This document shows, one piece after another, positions 9,001 to 16,218 of a stretch of DNA of 64,000 bases. Source of the stretch: Lepidodermella squamata (lineage: Eukaryota; Animalia; Gastrotricha); contig JBLDXI010000029.1 of assembly GCA_047495785.1 (NCBI GenBank), positions 3,162,001 through 3,226,000 on the forward strand. The letters are read 5' to 3'. A program made the translations under genes and the position numbers. The number at the start of each line of letters is the position of its first letter. Position 1 is the stretch's first letter. The notes beneath the pieces were generated by a model. It was not told where the DNA came from, searched no databases, and saw only the letters and a list, made by a program, of their open reading frames with translations.

Positions 9001-10374
9001 ATGCTTCAATCCGAAATAGTGAACTGTCTCTTTGAGAGCCCGACCATAGATGATCGGCAGTTCGAAAGGAAAAGCTGGGCCGAGGTTTGTGCAACAAGTT
9101 TTATACAGGATCAGCCCTCTCAGCCTTCTCGCATTATCTTTTCTACATATAACTTGCGTGAGTTGTTTTTATTGCCGAGGGAAGCCTATATCCAGTTGAC
9201 TGTTGAGTTCCGACGAAACGATAGTCAGGCTTTCAAAGCAACTGACAAGTACGCAATTAGGAACCATGTTATATCCATGTTTGAAACAGTTGAAGTGCAA
9301 GTAGGTGATAATGATAACCAGGTAGAGCAAACACGTTATAACGAACACTGGAGCTCGTTGCTGGGCGTTATTCACTGGTCTGATGACTATGCGCGAAGTC
9401 TTGGGGAAGAATCTCTTTTCGCCAGAGACTACCCAGCCCATGTAAATTATGAAATGACTCCTGAAGTTACAGCAGAAAGTTTCGATCCTGCGAAGAACAG
9501 CTGCAACGAGGGACTACTCTTGAGATCTTTGTATGTTAAGGATCATAAGATGGTTGTCACACTTTACTTAAGGGACATTCCTTTCTTCCAAAATTATTTT
9601 GGGATGTGGACCAAGGCGAGATTTCGTGTGATATTAACACCAAATTACACCAAACCCATAGTCGCAGCCATAGGGAAAAACGATGATTTGCCGGAAGGGA
9701 TGCATTTCCAGATTTCGTCAGCTTATATGTTTATTCCGGAAGTCACATTGATGCCTGAAACTAGAGCACGCATTTTGAAAGCCTTCAATACGGGTCTCAC
9801 GAAACTTTACAAATGGCAATCGCTAGAATGCTTTCAGAGCCCCCAGTTTGCTGTGAATAGTTCATCGGTACAATGGACAATCACATCTGAGATGAAAAAA
9901 CCAAGCTGGCTATATATTGTATTCTTGCAAGACTTCTCAGACGCAGAGTATCAAACAAAACTGACACAAATTTACACTCAGTGGAATATATTCAGCTACT
10001 CTCTCATGATAAACAATAAGGAGGCGTTTGCCGAGGCCAACATGAACTTTTCCCGCTTCAACGCTCACCGGCTCTATAACTATATTAAGGAAAACATGAA
10101 CCATTTCAATGATCGTGAAAGCACGAACACTGGTAGTCAGCTTAGTTACCTTGATTTTTGTCGATTTTACCGTTTCCTGGCATTCAATCTGGAAAGTGTA
10201 GATGCCGGTGCTATATATAATTCACGCGGTGACCAAAGCGTGAGCGTCACATTTAAAGCTAGAATCAGCCCTGTCGATAAGCCATTAGTTATGTTTTGTT
10301 TCATTTTTAGAGAAAAAGAAATAGGCTTCAACTACAAAGACGACAAGCTCGAGATAAGCCTTAACATGCTGTGA
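9001..10374 (+). CDS. Major capsid protein (double jelly-roll, hexon-like)
   Basis: 457 aa beta-rich ORF with LLPREAYIQL, SMFETVEVQV, KPSWLYIVF and YRFLAFNL segments resembling Polinton PY/MCP; syntenic position. Confidence 0.87.
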   Translation: MLQSEIVNCLFESPTIDDRQFERKSWAEVCATSFIQDQPSQPSRIIFSTYNLRELFLLPREAYIQLTVEFRRNDSQAFKATDKYAIRNHVISMFETVEVQVGDNDNQVEQTRYNEHWSSLLGVIHWSDDYARSLGEESLFARDYPAHVNYEMTPEVTAESFDPAKNSCNEGLLLRSLYVKDHKMVVTLYLRDIPFFQNYFGMWTKARFRVILTPNYTKPIVAAIGKNDDLPEGMHFQISSAYMFIPEVTLMPETRARILKAFNTGLTKLYKWQSLECFQSPQFAVNSSSVQWTITSEMKKPSWLYIVFLQDFSDAEYQTKLTQIYTQWNIFSYSLMINNKEAFAEANMNFSRFNAHRLYNYIKENMNHFNDRESTNTGSQLSYLDFCRFYRFLAFNLESVDAGAIYNSRGDQSVSVTFKARISPVDKPLVMFCFIFREKEIGFNYKDDKLEISLNML

Positions 10375-10395
10375 ATTTTCTAACTTAGAATAATA

Positions 10396-10974
10396 ATGAC
10401 TAAATACATTCCATTCGACATTAAACTAACAGAGACCCAGAGAAGAGCATTTCAAAAACCAGGCCAAGTTGTCTTGCGTTTCACAATTGATCAGCTTCTT
10501 GCAGATCCAAATGGTTCCAAGTTGTTGTTGACGCAAAGGCAGATAGATAAAGTAATGAAGAGCAAACAAAGGATGAAAGGGCTTGATATTAAACTGAGCA
10601 AAACTCAGCTCCGGAAGAATCAGTCTGGTGGGTTCCTGTTACCAGCGCTTGCCGCAGCTTCTAAATTTATAGCACCTGTAGCTGTTGCAGCGCTGAGCGG
10701 CCTTGCCAGTTCCCTCGCCAGTACAGCAGCTGACAAGATCGTAGGCAAAGGCGTGTCGCTGACAATACCAAAAGAGGATTTAAATGAACTGCAAAAGGCG
10801 GTTTCGCTTCTGGAATCCCGACAAATTGTGCCTGCTGGCAGTAGTAAGGCAATTAAAAGCCATATAGAGCAACAGGGTGGAGCTTTTATCTTGCCGCTTG
10901 TATCAAGCTTGCTGGGTGCATTCCTTCCGACCTTATTCGGAAAAGGGGTTTACATGCCGTGGGAAAAAAACTGA
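10396..10974 (+). CDS. Adenovirus pX/mu-like core protein with two GG-F/A hydrophobic segments
   Basis: QSGGFLLPALAAA and QQGGAFILPLVSSLLG resemble the adenoviral pX GGFLPAL segment; IVGKG and LFGKG adenain-type sites. Confidence 0.7.
   Translation: MTKYIPFDIKLTETQRRAFQKPGQVVLRFTIDQLLADPNGSKLLLTQRQIDKVMKSKQRMKGLDIKLSKTQLRKNQSGGFLLPALAAASKFIAPVAVAALSGLASSLASTAADKIVGKGVSLTIPKEDLNELQKAVSLLESRQIVPAGSSKAIKSHIEQQGGAFILPLVSSLLGAFLPTLFGKGVYMPWEKN
10965..10974 (+). promoter_or_regulatory. Candidate -1 ribosomal frameshift slippery site A_AAA_AAC followed by TGA
   Basis: Frame-0 codons GAA AAA AAC TGA; the heptamer fits X_XXY_YYZ and the -1 frame is the protease. Confidence 0.7.
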
Positions 10975-11417
10975 TAAATACCGGGTTTTATCCCTTATCC
11001 AATCTTGAGATAACCGAAACTTTGAAGAGGCTCCTCGGAAAAGACTTCAAGGGCTGTTATGCTCGGGACGACCTTCCTGCTACACTTCAACGAGGATATT
11101 ACGTCATTAACCTGGACGATAAAGTTAACCGCGGAAGTCATTGGGTCTCAATGGCTGTGAAGTCGACTGAAATAATCTACTTCGATAGCTTCGGGTTTAT
11201 ATGCCCTAATGAGATCATTAAGCGTCGCGGCAAACGAGTAATTTGGTATTCCACACATGATATACAACATCCTGGCTCTGTTGCATGTGGCTTCTATGCC
11301 ATTTACTTTCTAAGAGAATTAGGTAAAGGTAGGGATAAGTTAGCTATTTTGCTAGACTTCAATAACACCGGGTCACCGCACAATGATGACTTACTGAAAA
11401 ATCTATTGTTAAGCTAG
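10966..11417 (+). CDS. Adenain-like cysteine protease, probably expressed by -1 frameshift from the upstream ORF
   Basis: Catalytic set GSHWV (His), YFDSFG (Asp), IQ..SVACG (Gln, Cys). No in-frame ATG between the TAA at 10854 and the catalytic His. Confidence 0.9.
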
Positions 11418-11419
11418 AT

Positions 11420-11599
11420 ATGTATTGCCTGCATTGTAGGAAAAACACTAAATCAGTGAATGAGCAGCAATTAGCCACTCGTAATAACCGAGCTCTCATG
11501 ACAGGATCTTGTACACTCTGCGGTATGACAAAGTATAAATTCATAAGAATGTTAAAGAGAAACGCCGTCGTAGATAAAAAGGATGCAAGCGTCCGTTGA
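11420..11599 (+). CDS. 59-aa zinc-ribbon protein (DUF5679-like), below the ORF-track cutoff
   Basis: MYCLHCRKNT...RNNRALMTGSCTLCGMTKYKFI; two CxxC pairs; TCTA 14 nt upstream. Confidence 0.75.
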   Translation: MYCLHCRKNTKSVNEQQLATRNNRALMTGSCTLCGMTKYKFIRMLKRNAVVDKKDASVR

Positions 11600-12089
11600 A
11601 GATGAATTGAAGAGACTGATGGATAATTTTGAGAATTCTAAATCAGTGAGAAAGACATTTTCTACCATGCCTTACGTGTATTGCGATGCGTGTGCCACAG
11701 AACTTTTGCTTGACGAAAGGGCGAATTTCAACGTATGCCCAAACTGCGGTTTATGTTATCCATACTGTGAGCACTCCCCGCCATTCAAATTAGTACCTTA
11801 CAAACGAAAATGGCATTTAATGACTGTAATTAAAAAGCGCGGTATAGAAATGCTACCTCCTCAACTTGAGAGGCTGATGTCGAGCTTTATCAAGTTTGAC
11901 TCGGGCTATGCAGAACTCTTTCCCGATCAAAATATGATGCACCTTGACTTTGTTATCAAAGCTCTGGCTCAGGAACATGGATACGACCTTGTGGCACAGA
12001 GCGTACACGTGAAATCGGTTAACGATAAGACGCTGAGGCAATGGCGGAATAAGTATAATCTAGTCATCGCTCATTATGAGATCGAATGA
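11583..12089 (+). CDS. VLTF3-like (poxvirus A2/NCLDV late transcription factor) protein
   Basis: CDAC-x13-CPNCG zinc ribbon followed by YKRKWHL and NMMHLDFVIKAL, resembling the YKR..HF and NFL.Y.YVL motifs of VLTF3. Confidence 0.65.
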   Translation: MQASVEDELKRLMDNFENSKSVRKTFSTMPYVYCDACATELLLDERANFNVCPNCGLCYPYCEHSPPFKLVPYKRKWHLMTVIKKRGIEMLPPQLERLMSSFIKFDSGYAELFPDQNMMHLDFVIKALAQEHGYDLVAQSVHVKSVNDKTLRQWRNKYNLVIAHYEIE

Positions 12090-12735
12090 AATATTCATTC
12101 CAAGTGAATGGTTTGAAAATGCACGACAGGCAGCAATTTATTTGAGGGCAGACGGCAGTACTCCATTCGCGGCAAACCTAAACGCGAATAGCTACTGCAT
12201 CGAAAATTTGGGCGGCCCCGTTTTCGACAACGATGCTGTTAGTAAAAATTGGGTTGAGCGAAGTTGTTTAATGATTCAATCCGATCAGACTGTTGACTTT
12301 AAAAATGCTAGGCTCACGAACATCCATCCACCAATAAATCCAAACGATGGCGCGATTCGGGCTTCCAGATTGATATGCTCTGGCAAGGTTTCTCTTGCGC
12401 GCGAGAATAAGCTAAGTTTTGATAACATGATTTCCGGAATGCCTGAAGTAAGCGATAGCTTAGTGTTTCGGGCAGACGTAACAGCCAGAGTGGAAATGTG
12501 GTTCCGGCTGGACGACAACAGAGCCACATCCTTCACCCTTGATTTCTTCAAAAACAACGGTAACTTGTTCTCGAAATACTTCAACTATAACAATGTTAAT
12601 TTGGAGAGCAGCAATGAATACTGTTCCTTTATAGAGCAATTCCGATTGAATGATAGCTTAACGGTTATTGCAGCAGCTGACGAAAGCATACAACTGTCAT
12701 ACATTTTGATTATTTCTAACCTAAAGAATACGTGA
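12076..12735 (+). CDS. Putative virion fibre/spike protein
   Basis: YLRADGSTPFAANLNAN...IENLGGPVFDNDAVSKNWV and a second LTNIHPPINPNDGA repeat resemble tail-fibre shaft repeats; beta-rich C-terminal head. Confidence 0.55.
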   Translation: MRSNEIFIPSEWFENARQAAIYLRADGSTPFAANLNANSYCIENLGGPVFDNDAVSKNWVERSCLMIQSDQTVDFKNARLTNIHPPINPNDGAIRASRLICSGKVSLARENKLSFDNMISGMPEVSDSLVFRADVTARVEMWFRLDDNRATSFTLDFFKNNGNLFSKYFNYNNVNLESSNEYCSFIEQFRLNDSLTVIAAADESIQLSYILIISNLKNT

Positions 12736-12749
12736 TACATATATTCAGA

Positions 12750-13331
12750 ATGAATGACAACCAGCTAAAAACAGTAGAAAGTATTTACCCCACTGCTCCC
12801 AGACTACAGATGTCTTCTACTCAAGAGTTCAGGCTTGCTGAGCTCCGGCGCCTAAATGATGTTTTCAACACAGAAATATCGAAAAGAAAGAAGCTTTATA
12901 ATAGATATTCCCGTTTTTCGTCAATTTGCAAAGCTACTATTCATGGAATAACGGGCGGCACAACATCGCTTGCGATTGGTGGAATCGCACTACTGTCACT
13001 TGGCCTCCCAACCGGTATCATGTTGGAGATTACTGCAGCTTCGGGCGGCATGGTCATACTTGTTCTCAACCTGCTTGACTTAAAGTTCGAAAGGAAAGCC
13101 GAAAAACATGAAAGAATCGCCACTCTTGCCATGTCGAAAGCCAACTCAATAGGCGACATGATCAAAACAGCCCTGGAAGATAACCACATCAGTGACACTG
13201 AGTATCAGGTTATTATGAGAGAAAACGAGAAATTCCATGATATGAAAAAGTTGCTCCAGAAGAGTTTAAATTGTGATCGCACGCAAATATTTCTTGAGGA
13301 ACTCAAAAAGCATGGTGTGAACGTCCCTTGA
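12750..13331 (+). CDS. Two-TM helical membrane protein of Polinton type
   Basis: Central Gly-rich hydrophobic hairpin flanked by FRLAEL...KLYNRY and KHERIATLAMSKANSI...ALEDNHISDTEY. Confidence 0.65.
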   Translation: MNDNQLKTVESIYPTAPRLQMSSTQEFRLAELRRLNDVFNTEISKRKKLYNRYSRFSSICKATIHGITGGTTSLAIGGIALLSLGLPTGIMLEITAASGGMVILVLNLLDLKFERKAEKHERIATLAMSKANSIGDMIKTALEDNHISDTEYQVIMRENEKFHDMKKLLQKSLNCDRTQIFLEELKKHGVNVP

Positions 13332-13332
13332 G

Positions 13333-13587
13333 CTAGCGAAAAGGCGAGTAAAATATCACACGTTTCTTTGGTGCTCTAACTGCTTTAGCATGATTGCCTT
13401 TGATTTTCGAAGGCTTTTTAATTCTATCCCTATTCACAAAATACCCTAGCAACGCGGCGATTACACTCAATGCAACAAAAATGCGTTGAAGCTGGGTGTT
13501 CGTCCTTAAGCAGTCGATCTGAAGTTCTCTAACAAGCACCTTAATATATGAGATTATTTCTTCTTGGGCACTCGAGTAAGTATTCAT
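13333..13587 (-). CDS. Small single-TM protein
   Basis: ATG-initiated, tightly packed ORF; IFVALSVIAALLGYFV followed by a basic tail. Confidence 0.5.
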   Translation of the reverse strand: MNTYSSAQEEIISYIKVLVRELQIDCLRTNTQLQRIFVALSVIAALLGYFVNRDRIKKPSKIKGNHAKAVRAPKKRVIFYSPFR

Positions 13588-13605
13588 TAAGTATTAAAAC
13601 GATTT

Positions 13606-13941
13606 TTATTTTTCTCGTCGCGCCCTCATTTCAGCTATGAATTTCTCTATATCTGACTTCCTTTTCTGTCGCCGTTCAGACAGCTCAGCTTTGCGCCTCT
13701 GGCTCTGTAACTTACGGTCGTTATCTTCTTTTTCCCTTGCAGTCAGCAAATCGCTGTATTTCTGTTCAATGACAGCCTTCTCGTTCTCCAAAGTCTTAAT
13801 ACGGGTATTTGAGGACTGTCTCTTGAGCGAGGAATACTGATCGCTGATAATCTCAACTTCCTGCTTCAGTTTGTCAATATCTTGATCCTTCTCGTCGACG
13901 ATTTCATCGACCTCTGTGTATGAAAGAAATCCTTTCTCCAT
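13606..13941 (-). CDS. Coiled-coil protein
   Basis: E/K/Q/R-rich heptads; tightly packed with neighbours. Confidence 0.55.
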   Translation of the reverse strand: MEKGFLSYTEVDEIVDEKDQDIDKLKQEVEIISDQYSSLKRQSSNTRIKTLENEKAVIEQKYSDLLTAREKEDNDRKLQSQRRKAELSERRQKRKSDIEKFIAEMRARREK

Positions 13942-13948
13942 GATTATA

Positions 13949-14206
13949 TTATTTACCGAGAAATCTTCTTCTTAGCAGGTAAGCTTCCTTGCCGCCGACA
14001 TGAGAGACATCCTTTGGAATCAGACTAACGTTGATGCCACCGCCCTTCAGCGATGAGACGCGTTGTTGTTTGCCTAAATGATAGTAAATCGTGCCTCTGC
14101 TGAGTCCCACTTCAGCTGCGATTTTATCTACTGTCTTAGAGCTATTCTGATATTCATGGATTGCTTGGCTGATTTTGTCGGGATTTATTACCTTGCGACG
14201 AAGCAT
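13949..14206 (-). CDS. Helix-turn-helix DNA-binding protein
   Basis: TVDKIAAEVGLSRGTIYYHL HTH signature. Confidence 0.7.
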   Translation of the reverse strand: MLRRKVINPDKISQAIHEYQNSSKTVDKIAAEVGLSRGTIYYHLGKQQRVSSLKGGGINVSLIPKDVSHVGGKEAYLLRRRFLGK

Positions 14207-14865
14207 CTTATATTTATTTGAGAAATTAAAATATTTCGATATTTCGATGTTCCATTATTCAAATGTTTGAACGTTCAGTCATATATATGTTGAAATTAAC
14301 AGCGTTGTCGATTTCCTTTTCAAGTGTTCGAACATTTCAAAATTAAAACATTAGAAGGTTCGAATAATTGCTTTATCGAGAAGTTTAGCTTTGAACATCG
14401 CTGGATCAGTAAATAATTATTCTGAATCAGATGAAGGCATGTGAAGTTCTAGGCAAGAACAGATACTTGACAACAGTGGCAGCAGTAAGTTCCGATTTCA
14501 ATTCTTCGTCGCCAACAATTTCTCCACAGACGAGACATACCGCCTCATTGCAAAAGAGGTATATCGAATGTAGGCATATCGAAGCATTCTTCAGTACTTT
14601 GAGATTCAGTTATCAGGATGCTCTCTTGAGTAGTCTCGTCAGGTCCTCGCATCAGTTAGAGAAGACGGATTTCTCTCCAAGAGCAAAAAATGCAACCAAT
14701 TGCAAGAGTAAGCGTGCTTAGGGTGATTACGAATGCAGTGCACAAACGAGCTGACGTTAAATAATTTATCCTCTGCCCTCGATCTAAATCGGTCGATATT
14801 ATCCCGGCAACGAGAGAAAACATGTAGCTGAATCAGCTGGCAGTTTTCTATATACGAAAGTTTTT

Positions 14866-14979
14866 ATGGGATTAGAGTGCCCGTTTTGTAAGCACAGTGA
14901 ATCTACCGTTGAATTAACTGACTGCCTTTCCTGTCCTTACTGCGGCAGAAAATATCCTGTTTCTCCGTTTCAAGTTTGA
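14866..14979 (+). CDS. 37-aa zinc-ribbon microprotein
   Basis: MGLECPFCKHSESTVELTDCLSCPYCGRKYPVSPFQV; TCTA 15 nt upstream. Confidence 0.55.
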   Translation: MGLECPFCKHSESTVELTDCLSCPYCGRKYPVSPFQV

Positions 14980-15037
14980 AAAGCGTTTGAAAATCGTCGA
15001 TATTGCCTTCATAGTTTTCCCATATACAGGTTACGAA

Positions 15038-15169
15038 ATGAATCAGCAACAACCATGCGAACCTTGCGGACCCTGGGGGCCTGGTGGACCTTATGATGGA
15101 GCCCCGAGGACTTGTAGTGGAGCCTACGGACCTGATGGACCTTGTGAACCATGCGGGCCTACTCGTTGA
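15038..15169 (+). CDS. 43-aa Gly/Pro/Cys-rich micro-ORF
   Basis: PCEPCGP at both ends with GPx triplets between; could instead be the antisense shadow of a decayed collagen-like repeat. Confidence 0.3.
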   Translation: MNQQQPCEPCGPWGPGGPYDGAPRTCSGAYGPDGPCEPCGPTR

Positions 15170-15192
15170 TAAAATACGACCAATATTTGACT

Positions 15193-15260
15193 TTTGCCAT
15201 TAATATATTTAAGGAAAATTAATATCTTTGCCATTAAAATATTTAAGAGAAATAAATATC
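15193..15260. repeat. Tandem 34-bp AT-rich repeat, two copies
   Basis: TTTGCCATTAATATATTTAAGGAAAATTAATATC / TTTGCCATTAAAATATTTAAGAGAAATAAATATC. Confidence 0.8.
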
Positions 15261-15918
15261 TGACCGGTCGGAAACCTTGCTACTTACAATGAGACGGCAT
15301 GTCATAGCTTTCCGGTATTTTCTTGGGTATTATTACACAGCACCTCTTCAGTCGCAGTATATCGTTTTATTTGCGTTATGATTATGACTCTTAAGCTAAT
15401 GTTTCATAATGGGGCCTGAAGTAGAGTTAGATTTGAATATTCCAACTGGATAAAAGCGTATATCTAACAACTTATAATTAATGTTCAATGTTCAAATATG
15501 ACTGTAATGATAGGTACAGGCCTTAAGCATATGGATCCAGGCTTGATCCTGTTTCTCGGTTCCCGTTTCAACAGTTCCATTCTCAGCGATGCCCAACAGT
15601 ATTGCCACAGTCATTGCAAACTACCGTGCCCATTATGTCATCCTCCACAATATGTTTGTCTCCAGTATGTTCGCAGTCGTTTCCAGGCATGGTGAACTTG
15701 GTAATTTTTCAAATTAATTCTAAAGGAAACAGTTGACAGCATGTAAAGGGGCTATGATTCGGCAAATTCGGCATAAAATTTCACCGCGAGAGCACACATA
15801 TAGAAGAATCGAACTACCAACCTTGTTCACACACTGGCTCGTCATACATTATGCGTCATCATCGATTTTGAGCAGTGGGTTCGATATAGAGATGACGCAT
15901 TGCAGCAACCGTTAAATA

Positions 15919-16071
15919 ATGAATCAGCGAGAAACAATAGTTTTTATTGACGCGAATTCATTTTATCGGTCTCCCTGCTGCGCCTATATCGAATTCTCTG
16001 CTGAAATACTTAACCGCCTGGACTGTCCTTACTGTCCTAAAAAGGTTCTCGACTCTTCAGGTAAGTATTAA
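15919..16071 (+). CDS. 50-aa zinc-ribbon microprotein
   Basis: ...YRSPCCAYIEF...LDCPYCPKKV. Confidence 0.45.
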   Translation: MNQRETIVFIDANSFYRSPCCAYIEFSAEILNRLDCPYCPKKVLDSSGKY

Positions 16072-16119
16072 AATACCTCAGCCTTTTCCTGGATAACTAT
16101 TTCGAAAACAGCTTGCAAT

Positions 16120-16218
16120 ATGCATGATTGCGGTTGTGATGATCCGGATATTATAAACGATGGAACATTTTATGTATGCCAAAACTGTGGCGCGATTGTT
16201 GGGCAGGTCTACGTATGA
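16120..16218 (+). CDS. 32-aa TFIIB-type zinc-ribbon microprotein
   Basis: MHDCGCDDPDIINDGTFYVCQNCGAIVGQVYV, followed by AATAAA at 16221 and again near 16242. Confidence 0.5.
   Translation: MHDCGCDDPDIINDGTFYVCQNCGAIVGQVYV

Noticed and set aside
10959-10961. GTG start for the protease
   Set aside because: A prokaryote-style call in a eukaryotic context with no promoter motif; frameshift explains the layout better, although GTG use is not formally excluded.
14225-14400. GAAnnTTC/TTCGAA-rich patch suggesting heat-shock elements
   Set aside because: Only two-unit matches, and TTCGAA-like words are common throughout this genome.
14431-14721. 96-aa ORF in the element's right arm
   Set aside because: No motif or promoter; an alternative frame with internal stops looks equally protein-like, so it is probably decayed sequence.
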